A stretch of DNA of 63,429 bases, filler included, from Octopus bimaculoides (GCF_001194135.2; 4 parts of 4 records of this genome joined end to end with filler, not necessarily neighbours in it), one strand, 5' to 3'. Shown: positions 25,795 through 38,845, numbered from the whole stretch's first letter. A program made the numbers and translations. Notes: generated by a model from the sequence alone, not told the origin.

Positions 25795-26140
25795 TCTTTA
25801 TCACAAGTTTTGCTGAGCTCCTAGAGTCTTGCATGCATAGCGGGCTTGCTACCTACAACCTACGGTACCACGTTTTCCGTTCTTTTCAGTTATCTAGTAT
25901 TTTCCTTATTATTCTGGCCGTGCCAAGGAGGTGAATTTTTTGTAACAGCTCTACTGGGCACTCTATTCCAATTTCCTTTATATACACCTTGATGCCTTCT
26001 GATACTGTTCCCAAGGACCCAACAATATTTGGCACTATCTTCACCTTCATTTTCCATAGCTGGGCTATTTCGTACTTAAGCGGATTGCATTTATCTATCT
26101 TTCCGCCTTCGTTCTTGACTATCCGTGAGTCAAAGGGGCA
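25795..26140 (-). mobile_element. R4/Dong-like LINE 3' end, second family
   Basis: YIVDVACPFDSRIV...LKYEIAQLWKMKVKIVPNIVGSLGTV...LLQKIHLLGTARIIRKILDN*, then UTR and an (AAT)n/(GAT)n tail. Confidence 0.85.
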
Positions 26141-26404
26141 TGCAACATCAACTATATAGCATATGTATTGTATCTACCGGGGGTTTGTATCGTTTGTCAA
26201 GTCACAACAAGGACCTCAAACAGCCAGTACTTTACGCAATATGCGTGCAGTTCCAAGTAATGCCGACTTTTGCAACACAACTAGATTGTAGGGAATCGCT
26301 AAGGTTTTCAGATGTTTTTTCAGATTGGGTGGTATTGAGCCCAATGCTCCGATGACAATAGGGTTAACCTTTATGTTCGACTCTCGTAGCTGCCACGTCT
26401 TAGC
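26141..26404 (-). mobile_element. R4/Dong-like LINE 3' end, third family, fused directly upstream of the previous one
   Basis: ORF 26216-26443: LRIEIAKTWQL...IVIGALGSIP...LQKSALLGTARILRKVLAV*. Confidence 0.85.
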
Positions 26405-26625
26405 GATCTCAATTCTCAGTACGCTTGGCAGAATCGTTAGCACGATGGACGAAAAGCTTAGCAGTATTTTGCCCGTCGCTACGTTCTGACTTTAAATTCT
26501 GTCGAGATCGACTTTGCCTTTCATCCTTTCGAGTTCGATAAAATAAGTACCAGTTGAACACTGGGGACGATGTAATCGACTCATCCTCACCTTCCTCAAG
26601 ATGCCTTTGAGGCAGAAATTTGGAA
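26405..26625 (+). mobile_element. SINE family A with (AAT)n tail
   Basis: ttggcagaatcgttagcac...ttcatcctttcgagttcgataaaataagtaccag. Confidence 0.85.
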
Positions 26626-26638
26626 TAATAATAATAAC

Positions 26639-26685
<47 letters not shown>

Positions 26686-26744
26686 TGATGATAATAATAA
26701 TAATCCTTAAACAAACCCTATTCAAGAATCTTTTCAGGATCCTT

Positions 26745-27345
26745 GGCACATAACACTGTCTTTCCCTTTGTCCTCCAGCTAGGTATTGCGCCTTACTGCA
26801 AGCACCCATCTGGTTGTTGTGCTATCCTTTAATGGAGCCCTCTCAGCTTCATCCAATAACCTTGGACTCCATCCGATCCTGGGCTCTTCCAGTTTGGGAA
26901 TTTTCTTAATTGCTTTTTTTTTTTATCAGTTCTGTAGTTATCTTTACGTCTTCTTGGCCTTCTATATTTCTTAACCTCTCTTGGATTTCTTGCAGCCACT
27001 CTGCTTCATCTTTATGCTCTACAGGCTGGTCCCAAATCCCTCGTCAGAATGCTCTGCTTTCCTCTGCGTCTGGTATCATTGTTACATGTATTTGCCCACC
27101 TAGTTCCTGAAACATTTTCTTCTGATTTGCTTCAAACAATCTGTTTTGCCTGAATTGTTTTGTTCTATTATCATACCTTTCCAGTCTTGCTTTGATTGCT
27201 ACTAATCTTTGTTTCAATTTTTCCAATATTACATCACACCCTTTATCTCTTATTCTATATCTTCTTTCCATCATTATTCTTATGCTTTCGTTCTGCAATT
27301 CCCCTCTAGTCAATCTATCAAATTGTCCTAAATGTCTTTTAGACT
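26745..27345 (-). mobile_element. R4/Dong-like LINE, region N-terminal to RT
   Basis: LKQRLVAIKARLERYDNRTKQFRQNRLFEANQKKMFQEL...[26 protein letters not shown]...ITTELI matches the recalled R4-clade pre-RT motif. Confidence 0.75.
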
Positions 27346-27349
27346 TTGT

Positions 27350-27600
27350 TTCTCAAAAAACTATCTTCTGCAGTTTTAACTCAGAGTGTTCCTTCTCCTA
27401 GACAGACTGCCAACCAAGGATCACGAGTTCTGTCTACCCGGTTTTCGGAAGGGTCATTGACTCTTCTAAGTTCTGTCCTTTTGCTTTTAATCCCGCAAGG
27501 GTGACGAAAATCCACCCTCCTCATCAAGCAATCGTAGTGGGATTGCCGGTTTAGTCGCCGACGACTCGATGGTTTCACAACGCCACTTGTTTGGTTGAGG
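27350..27600 (-). mobile_element. RTE-like 5' UTR fragment (tentative)
   Basis: ggcagtctgtctaggagaaggaacactctgagttaaaac resembles the RTE leader motif. Confidence 0.4.
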
Positions 27601-28829
27601 TAAAAACAAAATAACAAACTAAAATGCAATGAATGGGAAACCAAGGGAGAAAACTTTCGTTCTCCGGCGCTTCTATCTGGTCGAAATTGTAATAAAATCC
27701 ACGCGACAATCCTTATAATTTTCTGTATTTAAGCCTATGTCATTACAGATATACTATCATAATACGTATGCAAGAACTTTTCTTCGTTTATCAGTATTTG
27801 TTATAAATAATTTAACATGTATTTAATATCTTAATATCTTTGCTATCAAATGTCAAAATGGATTCCGAGATAAATCAATATTTTTATATACCGATTGTTT
27901 TAACTGAGCATATGTATGTGTGTGCGTGCGTGTGCTTGCGTTCGTGTGTGTATGTGTGTGTGCGTGTGCATGCGTACGTGTGTGTATGTGTGTGTGCATG
28001 TGTGTGAGTGTGGGTGTGTGTGTGTGTCATTGTGTGTGTGTTGTGTATGAGTACACATACAACACAAACACATACACACACACATACTCATATATACATA
28101 AATATGTGTGAAAATATGTATAGATGGATATGTGTGTGTGTGTCGAGCGTGTGGTTGTGTACGTGCGAGTTTGCTTAGTAATTTCTGACTTTGTATTGCT
28201 TATGTCAAAAGTACGACTTTCCTTTTTTAATTCCTAATGAAAATACAATGGAGCTGGAATAGACAAAGCTTACAGAATCGAATGACAACGGTACCAATTA
28301 CTTAGATGTCGTCTCAATCCGGATTTCATCCTGCATTCAAAAACTGATGCAAAGGTTGCACTGAAGCTATACGATTACACTTAATATTGCAAATATTAAT
28401 ATTTATTTTCTCTCTAAGTTCATCCTTAAATCTCGTAGCTGTTAAACGTCAAATCGTTAGACATCTTGGCAACAAAGCAATTCCCGACTGATAAAATATG
28501 GCATCAAATATTCACACTCATATGTATGTATGTATGTATGTATTTATGTATGTATTTATGTATGTATGTATGTATGTATGCATGCATGTATGTATGTATG
28601 CATGCATGCACGCACGCACGTACGTATGTATGTATGTATGTATGTATGTATGTATGTATGTATGTATGTATGTATGTATGCATGTGTGTATGCATGTGTG
28701 TATGTATGTGTGTGTATGTGTATATATGTGTGTGTATAGTTGTATGTATGTATGAATGTATGTATGTACGCATGCATGCATGTGCGTGTAATATGTATGC
28801 TTTCATGCATACATATATGCATGTATGTA

Positions 28830-28929
28830 NNNNNNNNNNNNNNNNNNNNNNNNNNNNNNNNNNNNNNNNNNNNTTAATTAATTAANNNNNNNNNNNNNNN
28901 NNNNNNNNNNNNNNNNNNNNNNNNNNNNN
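28830..28929. other. Artificial scaffold-concatenation linker
   Basis: 44 N + TTAATTAATTAA (28874-28885) + 44 N. Confidence 0.95.
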
Positions 28930-28966
<37 letters not shown>

Positions 28967-29785
28967 CCTCTGTACGCCTGGCACTGGTACCTACCCGAAC
29001 AATACCCTTAAAATTACTTTGCCTCGTCCCCTCCCACCCACGCCCTCACTCGCATGTTACAACATTCCGTTTCTTTGAGAGTTGCATGAATTTTCGCATG
29101 CTTACTTTTACGCGCCAAAACTTTGCTTTCTTACTCTTTTTCCTTCTTTTCTTCGTTGCTTACTTCCTTCCTTCCATCCCTCCTTCCTCTTTCTTTCTTT
29201 CTTTCTTCCTCTCTTTCTTTCTCTCTTTCTTTGTTTCTTTCTTTCTGTCTTTCTTTTGTTTTGTCTTTTATTTCCCTCTTTCTCTAAATATCTCTTTCCA
29301 GAGATCTCTTTAAATATTGTCTTCATCTATCTGCGCGGGCACGTACGCACATGCGCACTCACTCACACACACATACACACACACATACACGCACACACAT
29401 ACACACACATGTATATACATATATATGTATGTATATATATATATATATATATATACATACATATATATGTATGTATACATTTATACATATATATACATAT
29501 ATATATATACATATATATATGCAGCTGCATCAAACTCTCTCATGCACCAAATGTCAATTCCTGAAGTAAAATTCGTGAAGTAAAATTGTGTAGCAACACC
29601 AAATGGCGGTGCCCCAGCATGGCCACAGCTCATGAGCTGAAACTAGATAAAATGAAAAATGAAAATATACATATATATGTATATATATATACATATATAT
29701 ATACATATACATATATATATATATACATATATATGTATACACACATACACACACACACACATACACACACACACACACACACACT

Positions 29786-30023
29786 TATATATATGTATAG
29801 TTTAGGACAATCAGTAAGTCGTCATTATAGGACTCAGAGTTTCAAATTCCGGTGCTAAGAGCTACGATGCATTCTCATTAGCTATTCATATACATTCTCA
29901 TACATTCATATTTATATTTTGTGTGTTAGCCAGTGAGAATGCATCGTAGCTCTTAGCTCCGGAATTTGAAACTCTCAGTCCTATTATGACAACTTACTGA
30001 TTGTCCTAAACTATACATATATA
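29786..30023. mobile_element. MITE-like fold-back, ~100-bp arms, ~42-bp spacer, in TA context
   Basis: tatatatgtatagtttaggacaatcag...gcattctcattagcta vs tagccagtgagaatgc...ctgattgtcctaaactatacatatata. Confidence 0.85.
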
Positions 30024-30844
30024 AATTCCTCTATTTACCTAATATCTAGGTATCATTCTTCTGTTGCCATGTGCCTTCGCGCAAGAGCAATAACGCCTTT
30101 TTCCAAAACAACTGACAAACAATGGTGATATGGACAGATGACAACAACAAAATTAACAAGAGCAGTGGCAGCAGCAGCAGCAGTGGCAGCAGCAGCAGTT
30201 ATAATGACAACAATAACAACAACAGCGTGGACAATTCACAAACGTAGCAACAATAACAGGAATAACAACACGATACATTGTGCAGTAAAGGGCATCATGA
30301 CCCAGTCATTGTTATATAGCACACACACAAGCACACACACACACACAAGCACACACACAAGCACACACACAAGCACACACACACACAAGCACACATACAT
30401 ACAAGCACACACACACACACACACNNNNNNNNNNNNNNNNNNNNNNNNNNNNNNNNNNNNNNNNNNNNNNNNNNNNNNNNNNNNNNNNNNNNNNNNNNNN
30501 NNNNNNNNNNNNNNNNNNNNNNNNNNNNNNNNNNNNNNNNNNNNNNNNNNNNNNNNNNNNNNNNNNNNNNNNNNNNNNNNNNNNNNNNNNNNNNNNNNNN
30601 NNNNNNNNNNNNNNNNNNNNNNNNNNNNNNNNNNNNNNNNNNNNNNNNNNNNNNNNNNNNNNNNNNNNNNNNNNNNNNNNNNNNNNNNNNNNNNNNNNNN
30701 NNNNNNNNNNNNNNNNNNNNNNNNNNNNNNNNNNNNNNNNNNNNNNNNNNNNNNNNNNNNNNNNNNNNNNNNNNNNNNNNNNNNNNNNNNNNNNNNNNNN
30801 NNNNNNNNNNNNNNNNNNNNNNNNNNNNNNNNNNNNNNNNNNNN

Positions 30845-31197
30845 CAATGGTCCAGTGGTTAGGGCAGCGGACTCGCGGTTTCGATTCCCAGACCGGGTGT
30901 TGTGTGTGTCTATTGAGCGAAAACACCTAAAGCACCACGAGGCTCCGGTAGGCGAACCCTGCTGTACTCTTCCACCACAACTTTCTCTCACTCTTTCTTC
31001 CTGTTTCTGTTGTACCTGTATTTCAAAGGGCCAGCCTTGTCACACTCTGTGTCATGCTGAATCTCCCCCGAGAACTATACTAAGGGTACACGTGTCTGTG
31101 GAGTGTTCAGCCACTTGCAGGTTAATTTCATGAGCAGGCTGTTCCGTTGATCCGATCAACTGGAACCCTCGTCGTCGTAACCGACGGAGTGCCATCA
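30845..31197 (+). mobile_element. SINE family C
   Basis: High similarity to 19945-20332 with small deletions. Confidence 0.9.
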
Positions 31198-31352
31198 CTA
31201 TTGGCACAGGGCCTGAAATTTTGGGGGAGGGGATTAATCGATTACAGTGTTTCACTGGTGCTTAATTTGTCAACCCCCGAAAGGATGAAAGGTAGAGTCA
31301 ACCTCGGCCGAATTTGAACCCAGAGCGTAGTGACGGGCGAAATATGGCTAAG
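31198..31352 (-). mobile_element. SINE family A, 5'-truncated
   Basis: ggcacagggcctgaaattttggggg...aaggatgaaagg...cctcggccgaatttgaac. Confidence 0.8.
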
Positions 31353-31354
31353 TC

Positions 31355-31942
31355 ATTGCAGAGTGTGTAACTTTATAGACGTGTGTGTTCTCAATATGAG
31401 AAGAACCTGTGGTACGTGCGTGCGTTCGGGCGTTCGGGCGGTCGTGGGTCTTTGTACACGAGCTACACTAATGAATAGGAGACCGGTGGGGGCGCCACGA
31501 ACGGTACGAACCCAAGAACATGAGGAATGCATCAGACAAACTTTGATACGGAGTCCGAATCGCTCTGTTCAGAGGCATTCTACTGAACTTAGCATCGGTA
31601 ATCGATCAGTAATGCGTATTTTGCATGAAAACCTGCATTTCGACCCGTACCAATTAGTCATTGGGTAACAGTTGAAGCCACGGGACTATGCACAGCGGCT
31701 TAACGTCTCACGTCAGATGTAAGCAATTTTTGAGGCAAATGACAACCTTATTTCGTTAATGAGCGATGAAGCTCATTTTCATCTCAATGACATGGTGAAT
31801 CAACAGAACTGTCGTTTGTTGGGCTCTTGAAAATCCGAAAGAATTGCACGAAAAATGGCGGTCTGGTGTGCTGTTGGAAAAGCTGCCGTCATTGGTCCTT
31901 ACCTTTTTGAAGACAACAATGGAAATGCTGTTACTGAACATC
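31355..31942 (+). mobile_element. Tc1/mariner-superfamily transposase remnant (DUF4817-type, SDEAHF family)
   Basis: RRPVGAPRTVRT...RSPNRSVQRHSTEL...RILHENLHFDPY...LMSDEAHFHLNDMVNQQNCR..ENPKELHE..VWCAVGKAAVIGPYLFED; stops and frameshifts; cut off by a (CTG)/(CTA)n tract. Confidence 0.85.
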
Positions 31943-31969
31943 TGCTACTGCTACTGCTGGTATTGCTGG

Positions 31970-32046
<77 letters not shown>

Positions 32047-32471
32047 GAAAAAAAAAGCAAGCAACGAAAAAAAAAATAATTACAAACTAGCAACGGCAAA
32101 AAACAACGGAGTACAATAAATGAATAAACAAAAACGAATAATCAAATTAAAAACACAAAACAAAACAAAACAAATACACAACAAAAAAAAAACACTTGAA
32201 GGCAAGAGTAGGGATGGTGGAGGGTGAGGGGGAGTCGGTAATAAAACTCTGAATAGTCTCGTCACCTTAGGAGTTTCAACAGCGTTCTATATTTAAAAAA
32301 AAAAAGGAAGAAGGAAAAAACGTAATGTCAATATCTAAAGGAGATAAACGTTAATAATATGGTTATGATGACTAATCTGTCCTTACTAAAATCTGTATTA
32401 GTAATTGACTGACAATCTGAACAACGCTGGTATGGGCCCCACCGAGGAACAGGGTCGTATGGCGAGTATGA

Positions 32472-32597
32472 ACTCAAGGCTTTGGTCGGTCTTAGGCTAT
32501 AGTAGAAGACACTTGCCCAAGATGTCACGCAGTAGGATTGAACCCAGAACCATGTGGTTGGTAAGCAAGCCACCTACCACACGGCCACTTCTGCGTC
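32472..32597 (-). mobile_element. SINE family B, tRNA-like 5' half
   Basis: Reverse complement reads gtggtaggtggcttgcttaccaaccacatggttctgggttcaatcc...ggcaagtgtcttctactatagcc. Confidence 0.85.
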
Positions 32598-32642
32598 TGT
32601 GTACACATACAGTTGCAAACACCGATGCACACATATCTATAC

Positions 32643-32673
<31 letters not shown>

Positions 32674-32927
32674 ATCACACGTACACACAAACACACACAC
32701 ACATACATGCATACACACCAACACGTAATATATCGCTCCGACCCCACCACTCGTCACCAATAACCCTTCGTCTATCCGCCTACCAACCGCCATTGCGACA
32801 AACGAATGAACCAACCAACCATCCAACCAGCCAGCCTGCCAGTTTATATCGCGGATTCCTGGTGCAGTACTACTGACAGTGTGTCCCCTTCAATCACTGA
32901 TGTCACCAGCTGAGTCGTTTGGAAACA

Positions 32928-32967
32928 TGACCCGGTTGACCTCTGACACATATCTAACCTCTGACCC
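32928..32967 (-). promoter_or_regulatory. Cluster of five AGGTCA-like nuclear-receptor half-sites (DR3, DR1, DR1)
   Basis: TGACCC-ggt-TGACCT-c-TGACAC-atatc-TAACCT-c-TGACCC, in sequence not recognised as a repeat. Confidence 0.35.
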
Positions 32968-33471
32968 CAATACCGCGTAACCTATTTCGTGTTAAGAAGG
33001 TAGCTGTAGTGGGAGTAGTGGGGGAGAGGCAGTGGTTACAACAGCTGTAGCCACAGTAGTGGTGGTAGTGCTAGTGGTAGTGGGAGGAGAATAATCAAAG
33101 GAGGTGGTCGTTTTTCTTTTCTCTTTTTACACTCTTGTCATCTTACTTGAAGCACCTGTGTGTTCTAATCTTAGCTCAGTGTGCATGCATGTGTGTGTGT
33201 GTGTGTGTGTGTGTGAACACATGCACACGCAAGCACACACACACGCGCGTTATCCGCCAGGCTAAGCTTTGTTGGCCACTGCCATCGAGCGTATCAAATG
33301 TTATATTTTGGGGACTTCTGCACCCTAAAGAAAGGACGAAGAGCAATCAGCTATATCGATGTTATTAGCAGAGGCACACAACATGAAATTGAGGACTTGA
33401 CAAAAGCTAATGGGGGAATAAAGGTTCCTTGTTTGTCGTGGTTGACCACATTTCAGCTGAGGTCACTTAGA

Positions 33472-33900
33472 GACGACGGAGAGCTGGTAGAAACGTTAGC
33501 ACGCCGGGCGAAATGCTTAGCAGTATTTCGTCTGCCGTTACGTTCTGAGTTCAAATTCCGCCGAGGGCGACTTTGCCTTTCATCCTTTCGGGGTCGATTA
33601 AATAAGTACCAGTTACGCACTGGGATCGATGTAATCGACTTAGTCCATTTGTCTGTCCTTGTTTGTCCCCTCTATGTTTAGCCCCTTGTGGGCAATAAAG
33701 AAATAAGAAACGTTAGCACGCCGGGTGAAATGCTTAGCAGTATTCCGCCGAGGTCGACTTTGCCTTTCATCCTTTCGAGGTTGATAAATTAAGTACCAGT
33801 TACGCACTGGGGTCGATGTAATCGACTTAATCCGTTTGTCTGTCCTTGTTTGTCCCCTCTATGTTTAGCCCTCTTCCCCTGTGGGCAATAAAGAAATAAA
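33472..33900 (+). mobile_element. SINE family A head-to-tail dimer
   Basis: A full monomer to ~33707 is followed by a second that begins at agaaacgttagcacgcc and has an internal deletion. Confidence 0.9.
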
Positions 33901-34688
33901 TGTGATTTATTGGAATTAGATTGGAATTAGATTTGTCTGTTATTTCTAGCATGTCGAGCAATTTTTGGAGACCTCCCAAGCTATATAATCGTTGTTTGGG
34001 TCTAGCTCAGGGGTGGGGAAACTTTTTAGTGCGGCGGGAAAAAATTTCCAAACAAAAGGGTCTTGGGGTGGATCACAAGTTGATCATTAGTATTGAATGA
34101 TCATAATTTAATTATGGTTAAGATAATATTTACAGCTGTTTCAGTTTGTTATTTTTGAGGTAAACTTGCGTATATCTCGTTCCATGTAACAAACATCATC
34201 AGAATGATTTGAGCTTCACAACTTGGAGATCGAAGGTTGACAGGAGAAAAAAAGGAAAAAAGAAAAGATTCGTTAGGTCTTTAGGCTTACGTTATCGCGT
34301 CCTTAAAAGATGACACGTGTGTGTACAGTTGCTTCAGGTAGATGAATGGTGCAGTGAGTGGGGAAAATGACCAGTTGACCGGGGGTGCTGCTGGTACTGA
34401 TAATAGCGGAGAGTGTTATGTAAGAGTAGCAGAGTGGGTGATGGCGGTCAGGTTTCTGCAAACGGTGGTGCGATGATTGATGTAGGCAATGGTAGTTTGT
34501 ATCATATAATAGGGATGGCGGTGGCATGGTAGAGAATTTGTAGACATGGTGGTGGTGGTGATGATAGTGGTGGTGGTGGTGGTGGCTCAGGTGATACTGG
34601 AAGGGCGGTGTTGGAGGAGGAGAATGCATACGCAGGACCTCTTATCTTCATTCACATTTCGAGTGTGCTCTAAATAATGCTGTCTTCG

Positions 34689-34723
<35 letters not shown>

Positions 34724-34786
34724 GAGTTGGTTACAGTAGGTGCATGAGTGAGTATATATATGTATATTTATATAAACATATAGAGG

Positions 34787-34817
<31 letters not shown>

Positions 34818-36135
34818 NNNNNNNNNNNNNNNNNNNNNNNNNNNNNNNNNNNNNNNNNNNNNNNNNNNNNNNNNNNNNNNNNNNNNNNNNNNNNNNNNNN
34901 NNNNNNNNNNNNNNNNNNNNNNNNNNNNNNNNNNNNNNNNNNNNNNNNNNNNNNNNNNNNNNNNNNNNNNNNNNNNNNNNNNNNNNNNNNNNNNNNNNNN
35001 NNNNNNNNNNNNNNNNNNNNNNNNNNNNNNNNNNNNNNNNNNNNNNNNNNNNNNNNNNNNNNNNNNNNNNNNNNNNNNNNNNNNNNNNNNNNNNNNNNNN
35101 NNNNNNNNNNNNNNNNNNNNNNNNNNNNNNNNNNNNNNNNNNNNNNNNNNNNNNNNNNNNNNNNNNNNNNNNNNNNNNNNNNNNNNNNNNNNNNNNNNNN
35201 NNNNNNNNNNNNNNNNNNNNNNNNNNNNNNNNNNNNNNNNNNNNNNNNNNNNNNNNNNNNNNNNNNNNNNNATATATATATATATATATATATACGTATG
35301 TTGTTGTACTTGGGGATGGTCATGTTGCCAGTTTAGCCAATATACGTATATATCTATCTATATACGTATGTATATATATATGTGTATGTCTCTATATATG
35401 TATATATATCTATGTGTACATGCTTGTATATATGTATTTGTGCCTATATCTAGACATATGTAATATATGTGTACATACATGTACATATATATTATATATA
35501 TATTTGTATTTGTATATATGTGTGTGTGTGTGTGCGTGCGTGTATATATATGTGTCTGTGCGCGTGTGTAGTGCCATGTGGAGCCGGAGATTGTGCGGAG
35601 GCGTGGGCCTGTTTACGTAAGTGATACGTACGTCTATGGGTTGGTGACATTTTTATCTGAGGGGTTCGAAGCTTTCACTTGTCAATGAAGTAAGATTAGA
35701 AGGGACCCCCAAGGCGATTAGCTTTATCTCGAGAAAGACTTCATATTTACATACCCAACCACCCTACCTCATCCCTCTCTACCTCTATCTATCTGTCTAT
35801 CTATCTGTCTATCTATCTATCTGTCTGTCTGTCTGTCTATCTCACTTTAAGGTTTCATTCACATTGGAAACATACTTCTATACCTACCCACCTGCCCACC
35901 CACCGACCCACGAGCTTTCCTTTGAAATCACCTACGCCCACCTTCCGGTCCCAGCGTCTTACCATCCAACATGTGTCTACCTACCATTCTATCTATCTAA
36001 ACATCCACCTTCGAATTTAAGCACCCACGCATTTATTTAACCACCTGTTGGTCGATATTTCTTTCAGCCTACCTACCTACCTACCTACTTAATTACTTAC
36101 CTGCTATTATTTTTTCATGTTTTTCGTAAGCTTCT

Positions 36136-36366
36136 TATTTCTTTATTGCCCACAAAGGGCTACACACAGAGGGGACAAACAAGGACAGACAAACGGATTA
36201 AGTCGATTACATCGACCCCAGTGCGTAACTGGTACTTAATTTATCGACCCCGAAAGGATGAAAGGCAAAATCGACCTCGGCGGGATTTGAACTCAGAACG
36301 TAACGGCAGACGAAATACCGCTAAGCATTTCGCCCGGCGTGCTAACGTTTCTGCCAGCTCACCGCC
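36136..36366 (-). mobile_element. SINE family A, young full-length copy, 15-bp TSD
   Basis: ttttcgtaagcttct at 36121-36135 and 36367-36381. Confidence 0.93.
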
Positions 36367-37067
36367 TTTTCGTAAGCTTCTATTCGACTCTATTTATTTA
36401 TTCGCACTTTCCGTCCTTTGTATATCTTTCTCAAATTCCCCACTCCGTAAAGTTGGAACTGCTACAAGCCAAGAAATGCCATGAAGCAACACCTGTTGTT
36501 TCGTCTCTTATTAATTAATATTTTGCCCTGTACTTACGTAATGGTTTATATAAGAGTCAAAAGGAGAGGACGTTTGTGAAGTCACACTGCCTCACAACCG
36601 GAGCTCAAGAATCCAATGTATTTGAATAGCCATCTATCCATCATACTTAATGAATATACACAGTTGATAGGCCAGTTACTGCTGTAGTTTTCCCGAGATA
36701 ACATATTTTATGGACATGCTACGTTAAAAACACAAAAATAAATATCCAAGAGAAACGGAAATTCATCCCAGCAACGACCAGCGAGAGCGCCAGATGCATT
36801 TCGGCCACTTTGGACCTTTTCAGTGGAGCATACTCACAACCAACCAACTGCTTGGACAAATATCCGTCGTTTCTGATATAGGAAAAGAGTATTAAAGTAT
36901 TCACTGATGTTGCAAATAGCCGCTCGACTGACTAAAAATTCGGAATACGCAATTGAAGCAGTGTTACGACGTGCATTTCAGAAGTTTTGAGATAGTTATA
37001 ACTGTCCTAGATTACCGTAATTTTAGTATACCATTGCTACACATCTAATAAGCTAACCTGCCAAATT

Positions 37068-37209
37068 ATTCTTTGTAAGCCTAGTACTTATTCTATCGGT
37101 CTCTTTTTGCCGAACCGCTAAGTTACGGGGACGCAAACACACCAGCATCGGTTGTCAAGCGATGGTGAGGGGACAAACACAGACACACAAACACAACACA
37201 CAAACACAC

Positions 37210-37257
<48 letters not shown>

Positions 37258-37600
37258 ATATAATATATATATATGTATGTGTATATGTGTGTGTGTGTGC
37301 GTGCGTGTGTGTATATGTATGTATATATGTATGTATGTATATGTGTGTGTGTGTCTTTGTGTCTGTGTTCGTCCCCCATCACAGCTTGACAACCGATACT
37401 GGTGTGTTTACGTCCCCGTAACTTAGCGGTTCGACAAAATTGACAGAGAGAACAAATACTAACTAGGCTTACAAAGAATAATTCCTGGGGTCGATTTGTT
37501 CGACTAAAAAGGCAGTGCTCCAGCATGGCCGCAGTCAAATGACTGAAACAAGTAAAAGAACAAGCGAATAAAAGAATAAAAGAATTAAAGAATAAAAGAA
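37068..37600. mobile_element. Two SINE family B 3' halves in inverted orientation around a shared TA/CA microsatellite
   Basis: 37068-37190 (minus) is the reverse complement of 37360-37479 (plus). Confidence 0.9.
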
Positions 37601-38243
37601 TTTAAGAATAAAGCCAAGGACAGTTGGAGGGAAGATTTTCAGTTTTGCTCTGTTACTTGTGCGGGCCCTGATCTTGCTTCTGATTAGTATTCAGGTCGCT
37701 CCCACGTGTTATTATCCCTCGGCCATATTGTCGTTGAACTACAAGGGCAGAGAAGCAAAATCCCGTATGAAACACGTGCAGGCAGGATGGTGCCGAAGGT
37801 GAGGTCGTGGTAGGAATCAATGGTATTGTACACAAATATTACCTGTAAAGGTGAGGTCACGAACAGGTGTGTATGTGAAAAATGAAAGCTGTATAAGAAT
37901 GGAGCTGCGAACAATAGACAGAAGCTGGGAGAATCTTTGAGAAAAAAAAGGGGATAAGGGGCAGATTTAGAGGAAGTTAAATGTAACCATTCAAACCTCT
38001 GAAAGCCGGGTCTTATTGACTTGTGGGTGCAACGAACAAAGAGTCAGGTCTGAAAGGATTTCGGTACGTTTATTTTGATGTAGAAATTCTGTTACTTTCG
38101 CCAATGTTAATTCGCCATTAGCGAAATTAAAGCGGGAATGTAGACATGAAATATAACAGGTATAATCCAACTTTCCAGTAAATGTGTATGTAGGTGTGTG
38201 TCTGTGTATGTCTGTATGTGTGCGTGCGTGTGTGCATGTGTTA

Positions 38244-38297
<54 letters not shown>

Positions 38298-38644
38298 TAC
38301 TTGTTTTACATCAAACTGTAGAACTGTGGAAAACATTTTTTGATGATGGATCTTACCATTTAGCAGAACAAAGTTGATGACTAAATCCGTGTGTGTGTGT
38401 GTGTGTGTCTGTGTGTGTGTGTGGATGTGTGTGTGTTTGTGAGTGTGACAGAGAAAGAGAGAGAGAATGTGTGTTTGTGTGTTTGTGTATGCGTGTATGA
38501 GTGCTTGTGTGTGTGTTTTTGCTTGTGTTTGTGTGTGTATATGAGTGTGTGTGTGTATGAGAGTGCGTGCATGAGTGTGTGTGTGCATGTGTGTGTGTTA
38601 GTGTGTGTGACGCAGAGAGAGACAGAGAGAGACACAGAGAGAGT

Positions 38645-38845
38645 GTTTGAGTGTTTGTCCCCCCAACATCGCTTGACAACCGATGCTGGTGTGCTTACGT
38701 CCCCGTCACTTAGCGGTTCGGCCTGAGAGACCGATAGAATAAGTACTAGGCTTACAAAGAATAAGTCCTGGGGTCGATTTGCTCTATTAAAAGGCAATGC
38801 CCCAGCATGGCCGCAGCCAAATGACTGAGACAAATAAAAAGAACA
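38645..38845 (+). mobile_element. SINE family B, 3' half
   Basis: tttgtcccccaacatcgcttgacaaccgatgctgg...ccagcatggccgcag...aaatgactgagac. Confidence 0.9.

Noticed and set aside
27480-27560. Possible HDV-like ribozyme in the RTE-like leader
   Set aside because: Local hairpins exist, but I could not assign P1, P2, P3 and P1.1 consistently.
34303-34629. His/Pro-rich 108-aa ORF
   Set aside because: It derives from degenerate (CAC/GGT)n low-complexity sequence and has no splice or homology support.
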